A stretch of DNA of 64,000 nucleotides from positions 12,264,031 through 12,328,030 of the forward strand of contig BFEA01000001.1 of assembly GCA_003427395.1 (NCBI GenBank), written 5' to 3'. The stretch comes from Chara braunii (lineage: Eukaryota; Plantae; Charophyceae). Of the stretch, positions 1-12,750 are shown one piece after another; the stretch's first letter is position 1; each line of letters opens with the position of its first letter. Both the position numbers and the translations under genes were made by a program. The notes below the pieces were generated by a model. The model saw nothing but the letters and a program-made list of their open reading frames with translations. It did not search any database and was not told the origin of the DNA.

Positions 1-31
<31 letters not shown>

Positions 32-639
32 GGGATCATGCCGGTCATGATATCCACAGCCCACCCCTGCCAGGCTGTCGTGGCCCAAACTCAACTCACA
101 CCACACTCAACACCCCCACCCCCACCGACACGGCACGGCAATTCTCGCAAACACTTCGCTCCAATCAGGCACGTACCTAACCCCACCACTGGTACTTAGC
201 CCGCTCCCTTCTCCAAGCTCAATTGAACTGTGCCCGGCAGTTCACGGGAGCATGCCAGCGGTCGAAAAAAAAAAATCACAGAGGAAGAGAACAACAGCGT
301 AGAACGCCGGAAAAAAAGAAAAAAAGAAAAAAAAACAGCGTGAGACACCTCAATTGCAGCAGACGACACGCAGAACAAAGAGATGGGTGAGAAGAGAGAA
401 AAGGGACGTGGATGCTGGAATGAGGAGGGGGACAGGAACAGGAGGAAACAGGGATGGCGAGGAAGAGGGATGGCCACGAGGAATAGAGAGTAGGTAGGAG
501 CGAGACGACAAGGAAGGGAACGAAGGGTGATGAAAATACGTTGGCCCCCAGAATAGATGGGGCCTGAGTGTTGTTCAAAAAAAAAAAAACCGTAAGATAA
601 GAACTCTCTAGAACAGAAATACGGAAAATGCGGAAAATG

Positions 640-1100
640 TGTTAGTGCCACGTCCATGAGAGTAAACATCCTCCTCCTATACCAATGGACGATATTGGCA
701 AAATCCAATCAGAGTGACAGCCCGATGTGCCACGTCGAGAATCCTAACACGCATCAAATCAAATCAAATCGAATCAAATCAAATCAATAAAATCAAATCA
801 AATCAAAACAAATCAAATCAAAGTGATCGTCCAAGTGCCACGTGGGGAACAATATCCAGAAATTGATCAGGAGTAATCGCCAAATGCCACGTGGAGAAGA
901 ATGACAAACTCCATCAAAGCGATCTTCCAACGGCCACGTGGAGGGAGACCACTAGCAAAATCCATCAAACCGATCGTTCAACACCACGTGGGGGAGAGCA
1001 ATAGCAAAAGAAACATGCCACGTGGCGCTTGTTTGCTGTGGCATGTTTCTCCACGTGGCGTTGGAAGATCGCTTGGAGAAACATGCCACAGCAAACAAGC
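640..1100. repeat. Degenerate array of GCCACGTG-containing repeats with an (AAATC)n tract and a 27-bp perfect inverted repeat (1027-1053/1074-1100)
   Basis: Recurrent gccacgtg/ccacgtgg motifs; gcttgtttgctgtggcatgtttctcca is exactly complementary to tggagaaacatgccacagcaaacaagc. Confidence 0.7.
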
Positions 1101-1181
1101 ACCCAAGAAAAACGACGGCACGAAATGGAAAAAAGCCGGAAAAAATAGAAAACGAACAGCGGGGAAGCTGATGAACTTCCA

Positions 1182-1359
1182 TTTTTTTTTTTGAGGGCGA
1201 CAGCCTTGAGATATACTGTATCATCGTGAAACTGACTGGCCCCAAGTAACTCAGGACTGTCGTTCATCTGAGTTATACATCTGGATTCGAACTCAGGTCA
1301 GGTAGTCCGCATTTCAACAGTTTATGGGTGTTGTACCAACTGCGCTAAGCCCGTTGGTA
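1182..1359 (-). mobile_element. tRNA-derived SINE (full copy with poly-A tail)
   Basis: Minus strand reads taccaacgggctTAGCGCAGTTGGta...aactgttgaa...cctGAGTTCGAATCC (A box, B box), then ~90 nt body and A11 tail; related heads at 3797 and 52255. Confidence 0.8.
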
Positions 1360-3139
1360 GGAAGCTGAGGAGATGGAAACATGGACAATGGGAGTAAGAG
1401 AAAAGAGGGGAGATCGGCTCGCGAGATCCCCTAAGAGGGGAGCAGTCACGACAAAAAGGGAAAAGGAAACGGCGACAGAGGGATAGCGAAAGTGGAAAGA
1501 ATTCGTCGTTAAGTAAAAGACAGACCGAGAGAGGGGGAAGTGCGTAGAGAACAGCAAGAGAGAATGAGTCGTTACGAGGAACGAAAGGCAAGACGACGAC
1601 ACAGCACTATTAGTAGTGCGCGCCAGACAACAGGATGAGGAAGGAAGAGCAAATCAGTAAATAGCAACAGTAAAAATAAAGGGGGNNNNNNNNNNNNNNN
1701 NNNNNNNNNNNNNNNNNNNNNNNNNNNNNNNNNNNNNNNNNNNNNNNNNNNNNNNNNNNNNNNNNNNNNNNNNNNNNNNNNNNNNNNNNNNNNNNNNNNN
1801 NNNNNNNNNNNNNNNNNNNNNNNNNNNNNNNNNNNNNNNNNNNNNNNNNNNNNNNNNNNNNNNNNNNNNNNNNNNNNNNNNNNNNNNNNNNNNNNNNNNN
1901 NNNNNNNNNNNNNNNNNNNNNNNNNNNNNNNNNNNNNNNNGGGGGGGGGGCGGAAGACATCGGAGGTTGCGAGAAATCGACGGGCGAGACCCGGGACGAG
2001 AAAGGAGACCCAGAGAAAGGACTGGGAAGAGAATGGATGATGGGGGAAAGGAGAAGGCCATTAGACGATGACACGGAGGAAAGAGACACGCAGCGCGGGG
2101 CCGATGGCAGAGAGAGAAGGAAGACAATGAGGGACGACGTGAACGTAGAAGACAAGCATGCAGACAGAGTATGGCCGGGGGGCGGAGAGGAGAGATAAGG
2201 GAATGGGGAGAGATGGAGTGTGGAAAGTGGGGAGAGAAGGTATGCGCAGGAGAGGGAGAAGATAGTAAAGGACAGTCAGCAGAACTGGGATGGGAAAACG
2301 GCTGACCGGTGAAAGGGAGAAAGAAAACGACACAAACAAACAGAAGGGATGCAAATGGAGGACAGGAGCGAGGGAACCGACGCATAAGCGGACGATCGGA
2401 TGGACGGAGGAAAAAGAAGAACGGGAGGGGAGGGGAGGGGAGGGGAGGGGAGGGGAGGGGAGGACGGTCTGATTATATATGAGATGCAAGACGAGGAGAC
2501 AGAAACACGGAGAAGGATGAGTGCCGTTCGAATGCGTGGAATAGACGGGGAGGAGGAGATGATGCTGAAGATGGTGAGGGTTAGGAAACGAGAGAGGTGG
2601 AGGATGAAAAGGCAGAACGAATGAGTGAGACGACGACAACCGATACCAGAGACCTGATTAGAGACCTGATTACGGGCATCGCCACACCACTCTCGAAATT
2701 TGCAAAATGGGAATGAACTTCCCGCTAGAACACGACCAGATGCCCCCGCCACATTTTTGTCTTTTTCACATTTCGAGAGTGGTGTGGCGAGGCCCTACAT
2801 CCTCCGTAAGGAAGGCACGCGGCGGGCAAAAGGAGGACAGACCAATGAGAAAAGAAGCAACCAAAGTCGGTGAAAGAAGATGTGGTGACGATAGCCGAGT
2901 TGCACGAGAAGCCAGGAAAGAACCAGCAGGACAAAAAGCAGAGACATGACGAGGCGGGTGAAATCTGCACCGGACCTGATTCATTGATATTGATATCTCC
3001 TTCAGCGTACGCCACCGCCAATCAAGACGACCAAGCAAACGAGGCACAGGATAGATAAGGGAGGAACCTTGTGGGTAACTTCAAAGAGTATCAAGGCTTG
3101 CGCCGGCGGTTAACGATAGCCTCACTACTGAGCACCCAT

Positions 3140-3245
3140 CACAGCCACGTGGGCCGACGAGTGCACGCCACGTGGGCCGACGAGTGCCCGCCACGTGCGC
3201 TGACAAGTGCCCGCCACGTGGGCCGACGAGTGCCCGCCACGTGGA
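3140..3245. repeat. ~23-bp tandem repeats (gccacgtgggccgacgagtgccc)
   Basis: About 4-5 near-identical units seen directly. Confidence 0.85.
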
Positions 3246-3796
3246 CACGACCGACACCTCACGGGCGTCGAATTTGCCCAGGGTGGGTCGAGGGCTGTCA
3301 GATGTCGACAGTCGAGAGAAATAGTCACCCCGGTACATCACTGTCCACTGTCGATTTCACCCCCTCTTTTTCTTCTTCTTTTTCTTTTTTCTCTTTCATT
3401 TTTTTTTCTTTTTCTTTTTCATAGAAAACCAAATCGAGGGCTGTCAGATGTTGACAGTCGAGAGAAACAGTAACACTCTCGATTTCACCCCCTCTTTTTC
3501 TTTTTCTTTTTCTTTTTCTTTTTCTTTTTTTATTTTTTTATTTTTTTTTAATTCTTTTTATTTTTCTGTTCTTTTTCTGTTTTTTCTTTTTTTTTTCTTT
3601 TTCTTTTTCCTATCCTTTTTTCCGGGTAAGAAAATCGAAAACTTACGAAAGTTGTAAAAAAAAAAAAAAAAAAAAACTTACGAAAGTCGACGTCACAAAT
3701 TGACGTTGTCATACACCTCTGCTTGCTATCCACCCCTTTCCTCGTCAAAAGCCAAAAAAATCTATGTTTCAGACAGCTATCGGATTCTTTGTATTT

Positions 3797-3853
3797 TACC
3801 AACGGGCAGTTGGTACCCATGAACGGTTGAAACAGAAGACTGAGTTCGAATCC
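3797..3853 (+). mobile_element. Degenerate head of the same tRNA-derived SINE family
   Basis: taccaacggg-cagttggtaccc...ggttgaaa...ctgagttcgaatccc aligns with the 1182-1359 head. Confidence 0.6.
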
Positions 3854-4137
3854 CGATTCGAGAAAAGAGGATGGGGGGACTGGCGCAAGTGCCGCGGAAG
3901 CTACCCATCAGCGGCACCTCTGGAATCTATGGGAACGCTACCGGCGGCGGTGGGAACGCCACCAGTAGAACCAAGAGCACTTGCACTGGTGCGGTACGTA
4001 CCAAGTGGCTCACAGGAAATTTGGCAACCAGCGTCCAACTGCCAGGTCCACCATGGCCTCTGCTACGGCTTTGGCCTATCCAGCTACTTGAATGAGCGGA
4101 TCGCCAACCCAGCAGGCCCCCTCTCACTCCCAACTTA

Positions 4138-4667
4138 GAGGTGGACCCCACCGGACAGGCGGCTGGAAAACCGCGAGGCCATTAAAAACGGCCCACCGTC
4201 GTTGGAACGTGTTTGGCAGATTTTGTTGGCACCCCACCACGACGGCAAACTTTGGCAATGGAAACGGACGCACTTGCCCGAATAGGGAAACTTGAAAGGC
4301 CAGGTCCGAAATAGGAAAGTTCGTTGTGGTTGTCCGCAGCTGCAACGCAGGTCCAAAAAATGGTCCCCATGCCGTCTGGCCCTCCGATGCCATCGGAGAA
4401 CATGCCCCCCCCCCTACTCTGCTGGGGGCCATGTTTGGAAAGGGGGCCATGTTTGGAAAAGGAATGCTGCGATCGGGCAGCGATTTTCCAGACCGCCGAC
4501 CATGTAGAAACACCCCATCAGCATTTCGGCAACCCCTTTCCATCACCGGTCGGGTCTGGAAAACCTTTCCAAAGAGGCTTTCCACACCTCTTTCCATCAC
4601 CGGTGGGGTCTCCAAAGCGATCGGGCGCTTTTTTTTTTCCAAGTCGCCGTCCAGTGGGGTCCACCTC
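4138..4667. mobile_element. PIF/Harbinger (Tourist-like) MITE
   Basis: 19-bp TIR gaggtggaccccaccggac / gtccagtggggtccacctc (18/19 match); TTA target-site duplication at 4135-4137 and 4668-4670. Confidence 0.85.
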
Positions 4668-4767
4668 TTACCTACCTCGGCCTGCCATTTTTTTTTGAGT
4701 CACGGCGCCAACTTTAGGGGGTCGGCCGTTGGAGGACCATCACGTACAAAGAGGCACTGAATTAAAA

Positions 4768-4770
<3 letters not shown>

Positions 4771-4803
<33 letters not shown>

Positions 4804-4867
4804 CTTGAAAGTAAAACAAAAAGATGGGAAAAGAAACGGGTGGGGGGGGCGGGTGGTTGGGGGGGTA

Positions 4868-4946
<79 letters not shown>

Positions 4947-5010
4947 AGTTCAAATGTCGAATTTGGGAATGAATCTTCCAGCGTCTGTGGGAAGAATCAT
5001 TTCCGACTGG

Positions 5011-5084
<74 letters not shown>

Positions 5085-5473
5085 NNNNNNNNNNNNNNNN
5101 NNNNNNNNNNNNNNNNNNNNNNNNNNNNNNNNNNNNNNNNNNNNNNNNNNNNNNNNNNNNNNNNNNNNNNNNNNNNNNNNNNNNNNNNNNNNNNNNNNNN
5201 NNNNNNNNNNNNNNNNNNNNNNNNNNNNNNNNNNNNNNNNNNNNNNNNNNNNNNNNNNNNNNNNNNNNNNNNNNNNNNNNNNNNNNNNNNNNNNNNNNNN
5301 NNNNNNNNNNNNNNNNNNNNNNNNNNNNNNNNNNNNNNNNNNNNNNNNNNNNNNNNNNNNNNNNNNNNNNNNNNNNNNNNNNNNNNNNNNNNNNNNNNNN
5401 NNNNNNNNNNNNNNNNNNNNNNNNNNNNNNNNNNNNNNNNNNNNNNNNNNNNNNNNNNNNNNNNNNNNNNNNN

Positions 5474-5550
<77 letters not shown>
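4771..5550. repeat. (CAA)n and long (CT)n microsatellites spanning an assembly gap
   Basis: Seen directly. Confidence 0.95.
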
Positions 5551-5554
<4 letters not shown>

Positions 5555-6974
5555 GGACCGGCCAGGATCAAGACGAAGGGATGAGGATGGGGGGGAAGGA
5601 GATGAAGTTGGAAGGGACAATGCAACTCCAACGCAGACTCAACACACACGTACTCCAAATTGTGCAACTTAAGAATGAGGTTGAAAACAGATTGTTGTAG
5701 GGGTATACCTCCAGCAGGCTGACAAGACTGGGCTTAGACTGGCCTGGCCTGGTACCGGTAGTGGTACCGGGGAGGACTGGACTGGACTGAATGAGCACAC
5801 AGCCTTTGGGGTCAGGCCGCGGCCTGGTCCCACAGGCTGAACAGGCAAAATAGCCAGATATCCCTGGCTCTACCTTAGGGCAGCTAGAGGCAAGTTGCAT
5901 GATCCTCAGACCTGTAGTGGATCGCGAAAGCCATAAACACGCTCCCGCAAAAGTAACAGAACTATGCAACAATAAAGTTGAGAAATCTAGAATGCGGAGT
6001 CCATGCGATGCAGCCTAAGCTACATAATATCAGAGTAAAAACAAATGTTTAATATACACATCCTAGCTAACAACAGGAAATGAAATGTAGCAGGGTACAA
6101 CTCTAAAGTCCTAGAGGCATTTGCCTCAATGCTGAAAGGAAAAAATAGCAATATATCACAAGATCATGTTGTGTCGTTGGACCACTAAGAGTGGGATGAT
6201 CTAAGAGAGGATGAATGCAGACTAAGAATCAAAGTTCCTAAGGGCAGTCACACACGAAGATGAGATAGGTCATCAAGCTCAGGGCGAGAGAATGGTAGCG
6301 AAACAAAACCAATGATCGTAACAGATAAATCATCAAGGCAGGTAATGCTCGACAAAAGGGTGTACTATGCAGGGTCGACCATGAAAAGAGGGTTTGAATA
6401 GGGTAGAGATATGCCTAACTGAAGGCATGCAATGACCGACACTAGGGTGATGAGGGTACACAATTCACCGACTAGGGAGGAAGCCAGATCTGGGAGCAAG
6501 GAAACCAAGATAACGCTACGGTTTCAATGCCTATGCGATATCAAGGGAGAGCCCAACTTGGGGAGAACCAACTGAGTGAGAACCATCATGTGACATATAC
6601 AAAGGAATGCGCAAGGTAGTGGGATGGTGTGAAGTAATCACATCCAAAGTTGCTGAAGTTGATAAAGTAGTTGAAGTCGAGAGGTGGCAAAAGTCATCGA
6701 GGTGGTCGATAACGTTGATGAAGTAGGAGTCGAGTCAATGTCGAAGTAGAGCCGCAAAACGCTTACATCATGAAGAAGTTGATGATGGAGTACCTGATAG
6801 TATGAATCAATAATAGAGGATAGGTATGTGATAAGAGTGTCCGTCGTCAAGACGTCGACAAGTGCGTTGTAGACGCATGGAGGGCTTCGTCTGCTGTTGA
6901 AAAACGACCTCAAAGGGAGTGGGTTCATCCCTAGCAATCTCCTCAGCCGGAGGAGGAGGTAGAGGGTCAGTCAG

Positions 6975-7187
6975 CTAAGTAGGAGCAAATATCTTAGCAT
7001 GACGAGCACGATCATATGCACGCACCAACATCCGGGCATACTTCAAGTACTTAAGTGGCTCCCAAGTAGCCTCCTCATCAGGATAGTCCTTCCAACGCAC
7101 AAGGTACTCGATGTGTGGGGGGGTATCATCAGTAACTCGAGAAGATACGATGTTGGAAACGATGAACTCCTCGTGAACGTCCACCAT
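6975..7187 (-). pseudogene. Integrase C-terminal chromodomain of the Gypsy element
   Basis: EEFIVSNIV...IEYLVRWKDYPDEEATWEPLKYL. Confidence 0.9.
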
Positions 7188-8400
7188 TATAGATGGAGGG
7201 CGCTCATAAGGGCGTCGGCGAAGCGCTCAGACGGTCTGCGATAAGGACGCAACAAAGAGATGTGGTATATATCGTGTAAGCGGGTCTGTCGAAGGTAATC
7301 AGGTAGCTTCACACGGAAGATGATCGGATCAGCGGCAGTATCATAACAGACGACATGAAAGATGCGACATGGACCGAAGAAGTGATGTCTGAACTTGTCA
7401 AGCATATCCACTTCGAGGCGCAAGTGGCGTGCTTCAACGAGCACATCGTCACCGACTTTGAATGAATGATTCATTCACGATCGGTTCGCCCGTGCGACCA
7501 TGGGAGTCTGAGAGTCGGTCAGACTCCCATGTGCACAACTCATAATCGCCACCATATGGGCGATCCATGCGTCAAGCACAAGGAAACGAGTGTCTGGGCG
7601 CAACCACGAGGGGTGTAGGAAATTCGTGTGTACGCGAGGGTGGTAGCCGAGGTCGCAATAGAATGTCGACATAACCGTGGTTGGCGAAACGGCGTGGTTG
7701 TACGCAATCTCCACATAGACTAAGTGTAAGTCTCACTACTGGTCATCCCTAATAAACTTTAAGATGATATTATAGAGAGTTTTATTTGTGACCTCAGTTT
7801 GACCATCCGTCAGAGGGTGGTAAAATGACGAGAACCGGAGTTGGGCTTCGTACACCTCGTATAGGCGTCTCCAAAATGTGTTGGTAAATCACGGGTCACA
7901 GTTGGAGATGATGCTCTAAGGTAAGTCATGATCTCTCACGATTTGGTTAGACACAATGTTAGCGACCTCACGAGCGCTAATGCGATAGCTTCACGGGACA
8001 AAACGTGCACGCTTCGTGAAGCGATTAACAACAATCAAGATAGCATCATGACCCCACTCAGTGAGAGGTTGAAGGAGACCAACAAAATCCATAAAGATGG
8101 ACTGCCAACGACCCTCAAGTATGGGTAAAGGCTAAAGTAACCCATACGAAAGGTCGTTCCCACTGTTTACCTCCTGACAGGTAGGACACCCTTGAACGTA
8201 GACTTTGATGAAGTCTTTGGACTTCAGCCAGACATATAGACGACAAACACGATTCAATGTCTTGTGAAAGGTCATATGACCGATAACTGCCTAGTCATAA
8301 AACTCTACTATGACTTGGATGCGGAGCTGTCCAGTTGAGGGAACACAAATATATGGTTTGAGTTGATCAAGTATACCATGTTAGTACACGATATCGTTCT
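7187..8400 (-). pseudogene. Gypsy integrase (fragmented)
   Basis: EIAYNHAVSPTTVMSTFYCDLGYHP; FKVGDDVLV..FFGPCRI..HDIYHISLLRPY (GPY/F module). Confidence 0.88.
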
Positions 8401-8499
8401 CACTGAGGGAGTATGAAGAAACAGTCATGCAGCGCCACAATGTCGCGTGCATGTCGCAATAATCTGGTAAGTGGCGGTACTGAGTGCGATATGCATCGA

Positions 8500-9900
8500 T
8501 CACTGACTGATCAACAGTGATGACCGAGATGACAGCAAATTGGATGGGTTCCTGGTTATGGTCAGGATGATGGGACAAAGCATCGGCGACGTGGTTTGTT
8601 TCACCCTTGATAGGCTGAGTGTTGAAACTAAACTCGGATAAATCATGCCACCAGGGTGCCTGTTAAGGGGAAAGTTTGAACTTTGTGAGGAAAGTCTGGA
8701 CAACAGAGTTGTCTATATGTATTGTGAGGGGCGTTCTGTGCAGATAATGACATCAGTGTCATGTAGCATAAACTACTGCGAGAATCTCACGTTCACCGAC
8801 AGTGTAGTTTATTTCAGTAGGCAGTAGTTGACTTGAGTAGAAGGCGATCGAGCAATCCCCAACGTGAACCTGGACAGTCCTGTCCTCCTCGATGGTCGAG
8901 GAGTCGACAACGAGAGGACTATTAGTGGAGGGAGCCAGTGGAAGAATAGGCGTCAGTCGAGAAGCAGTGTCAACAAGAAGGGAGTAAAGAGAGGAACATG
9001 AGGATAAGGGGAATCAGAAGCAGTTGAAAATATTTAAGAAACTACAACTCCTACTACAAAATTTGACGCATCGGTGGTGACGACGAAAGATCGACCAAAA
9101 TCAGGGAGGCGTAGAACCCACGTACAAGTCATCGCCTTCTTGAGGGCACGAAAAACATCCTCACAGAGGGGTGTCGAAAACCATGGCGGTTCTTTTGAAG
9201 GAGGGTGAGGTAAGGATGAAGGAATATTTATCGTATCCCCGAATGAGTTACTATAGTAACTAGTGAGGCCTAGGAAACTATGAAGCTGCTTCATGAATGT
9301 GGGGACAGACCACTCCACGATAACAGTGATCTTCGCGTCATCCATGTGGAGACCCCAGTCAAACATATAGTGTCATAGAAAGTCCACTTTGCAATGGGCA
9401 ATGCGGCACTTACTGAGTTTGGCACAAAAGCCATGCTTCCGTAAGCGTTGTAGGACATCACAGAAATGTCACTGAAGCACAACAAGGTACGACTATAAAC
9501 CAAAATTTAATCCAGGTACACAAGAATATACTCTTCGAGAATGTCCCTGAAGATATCGTTCATCATCGTCTGGAAGGTGTCGGGTGCATTAGCGAGGCCG
9601 AATGACATCATTGTGAACTTGTAGTGACTGAAGCGCGATCGAAAGGCGGTCTTCGACTGATCCTTTACACCAACGCAAATCTGGTAGTAACCGCCACGAA
9701 GATTGATCTTCGTAAATAAACGGTTGTCTACCAGACGGTCAAGCAACTCATTTGTGTGAGATATGGGATAATTGTTTCCAACTGTGTTATGGTTAATACC
9801 ACAATAATCAATCCAGAGGCGAAAGGTTTCGTTCGTTTTGCGAGCAATGAGGACTAGTGCACCTCTGGGGTGTTACTAGGTTTAATGAAACCCAATTGAA
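8500..9900 (-). pseudogene. Gypsy reverse transcriptase and RNase H (fragmented)
   Basis: FTKINLRGGYYQI..KTAFRSRFSHYKFTMMSFGLANAPDTFQ..VYLD*; SFLGLTSYY; VLRLPDFGRSFVVTTDASNFVVG. Confidence 0.92.
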
Positions 9901-10308
9901 GGAACTTTTCAAGTTGATGCTTGAGTTTCGTCCCCTCTGGAATCAAGAGTCAGTTGTGGGCATAATAGTCACGCACGAGCTGGATAAAATACTCAACACC
10001 TCACATCAGAGAAATTATGGTGTATGAGAAATATAAGGGAAAAACGTTGTGGTATTCTCGAATCAAGTAACAAATGACAGGTTCTAAGTCAGTCGTGAAC
10101 CACGCAAATTCCTTAGCGTCAGCGTCAGCACAAGATGTATGTGTGGACTCATCAGTGGACGGCGGAGGAACCTAGGATGTCGAAGGGGTATCCGGAGGCT
10201 GAGATGTGAATGTAAAGATGCGAACCGCGAAAATGGAGGAAGGGTCCGGGGATCGGGCTCCAACATTTTTTCAGAGGGGATTGTACTGATGAAGATCCAT
10301 GACGTTAA

Positions 10309-10701
10309 GCTGCCACTTCCTCCAACGCAAAAACCTCCTCCAACCGGAAGCGCCGTTTCACGAGGGGTACCGGTAGCATAGTTGAAAACTGGGTGAATGG
10401 CAAAAGTAGAATTTGCGTTAAGAAATTGAAAATGTGCCGACTCGGCGCGGTGATTATTTCATAGTCAAGATGATTTTATTCATTTTTTCTGATATGTTTT
10501 CTTGAAAAATCACAACGTTATCTACTAACCATAACATTTTCTGAAATTTTAAAGAATTATTTGGAGCACGAAAAATCGCCAAAGTTCCGGCTTTCAAATG
10601 ATAGGACTGGACCCGCCGCTGACGAACGATCGCCGCCCCTCAGTAAAACCTGACCCTAACTCACAGGGCCGAGGGTTTTCGGTTGTCGGGGGAGTGGCGG
10701 T
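10309..10701. mobile_element. ~400-bp MITE inserted in Gypsy pol; same family as 58627-59034, opposite orientation
   Basis: Imperfect TIR gctgccacttcc / ggagtggcggt with TTAA on the left; ccctaactcacagggccgagggttttcggt is reverse-complement similar to 58645-58675; interrupts the PR-RT linker. Confidence 0.75.
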
Positions 10702-12344
10702 CGAGTAGAGGGTGACGTCCTCTTGACACAGGAAGTGCGCGAACTGGCGGGGGGTGGTGAAGGCAATGTCCAGGTGAGACTCAAAAGGATGAGGGTCTTG
10801 GGGAGGTAGGTCAGAAGGGGTGTCGCCCGTGGTGCCGAGGAATGGGACGCGATAAGTCTGACCACACTTTGTTTTCAGAACGAGTGTCTTGGTTGCCACT
10901 TCGGCCTCTGTGCCACGAAACTTGCGAGACCAATGAGTGTCAAGGATAAAGTCTTATCCAGTCTCTAGCACGTTGAAGTGTATATGGAGGAATGGTAGCG
11001 CCGAGGCGCGTAGGTACTATCCGATGGCTGGAAGGTGAGGGAAAAGTGGAGGTCGGGGACCGTCTAATTGAAGAAGCATTGCGTTTTATTATCTTCGAGG
11101 ATAATGAAGATAGAAGAGTGAGACCTAGAAGTAGCTAGATGAGTTTCCTGAACCACGCGAGGGTGGACAAAATCCCTCTGCGAGTCGAAGTCCCATAAAG
11201 CGCATTACACCCCCATAGATGTCCCAAGGAGAATAAGAATAATGAAGAGGGTGTGATCAGGGTCAGAGAGCAGAGCGAGAAGACGACGCATGACATTTAT
11301 GTATCTTGTGAGTCACTCCGGACGAGCTTGGAGAATGCTAAAATCCAGGCGAGATGACACAACACCATCACGAGTCGCCAGTTGAGTGCTACAGCGAGCT
11401 GTGCGAATGGCACAATGTGCCTGAAGTATCAGAAGGGAAGGACTAGATGTGGTGGTCTGATGTGGGGCAGACGGTACCTCGATAGATGGCGGGGCAGAGA
11501 AAAATGCGTTTGTTGTGTCCTGAGGATCCTTTGATATGGTAGCCAAAGGGTCAAACCACGACTCAGATTTCGGGAAACCGGCTACGTATGTAACCTCGAC
11601 GATACACGACACTGAAGCTAGCTAAATGAGATTGGTCGGGCGCGCCCGGGAAGGACTGAGATCGGCACTGACGAAAAATGTCACTATAGTGTCAATCGAG
11701 GGCGTAATGGTATAAACATCGTGAAGAGGTGTGTCCATCCTGGCAGCAACGAAGGCAACTGCGACGGGACTCGATGGTTGTGCGTTCAATAAGGCTCCGC
11801 GAGGAGGGACGAAACCTTGAGGGAGGTCAACATAGAAACAACGAACGTGTGGGCGTCAGCTTGTGCAAGGCGACTACGAGCACGGCCCATGGTAGACATT
11901 GTCATCTCCAAGCGGTTGACCATCAGGATAATCTCATCATCCAAGTGGTATTGGATGTTATCATGAAGCTCGGGGTTCTCGGGGGCGTCCCCGAGGGTAG
12001 GGTCAACCTCTGTTGTAAAGTCGTCGATGTACTCGAGGGAACTGTAGCATCGAGAGAATGACACTCCAGGTTGAGCTAAGCGGCGAAAGCGGCCAGAAAA
12101 ATAAGAACGGTCTCGAGTGGTGCCGCATGAGTGGGTGGTGGCGGCGGGTCACAAAGAGGATGGAGCGTCGGAGAAGCGACTCTGCATCCTCTGGTACTGT
12201 CGAGCAGCTTTGTCGGCTTGCTCTGTGGACGTGAATGTCTATCTCGAAAGCTCTATGCGGTAATCAGGCGGGAGACTCCCGATAAACCTATTGGTCAGAA
12301 GACCCTCTGGTAGGAGAGTTTTATCGGAAATGAGGCGGGCATCG

Positions 12345-12750
12345 TGAAACACCATGACGTAATGCTCCAGGTTTGTCGGTGCGGAGGACCCGGGCCATTG
12401 GGTCTGTGTGACCCTATCTAAGGCGTCAGTCAAGTCCTGTTGAGCGACATAACGGTCATAAACTTGAAGAAAAACGGTAATGTCCTCGAAAGTGGGAGCC
12501 TCACTTGTGCGAGTACGATGCATATAATAACTCTCTCATGCGGTGAAAGCGCCGTGTAATGCTCCAGGTTTGCCGGTGCGGAGGATCCGGACCATCGGGT
12601 CTGTGTGACCCTATCTCAAGCGTCGGTCAAGTAGCATTGAGCGACAGCGACATAGCAGTCATAAAGAAAGAAGGTAATGTCCTCGAAAGTGGAAGCCTCA
12701 CTTGTGCGAGTATGATGCATATAATAACTCTCTCATGCGGTGAAAGCGCC
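12345..12750. repeat. ~197-bp tandem duplication inside gag
   Basis: taatgctccaggtttg...ataactctctcatgcggtgaaagcgcc occurs twice. Confidence 0.85.

Noticed and set aside
196-5700. Long ORFs in the track (S/L/F-rich, RE or SL repeats, X runs)
   Set aside because: Artefacts of purine skew, microsatellites and N gaps
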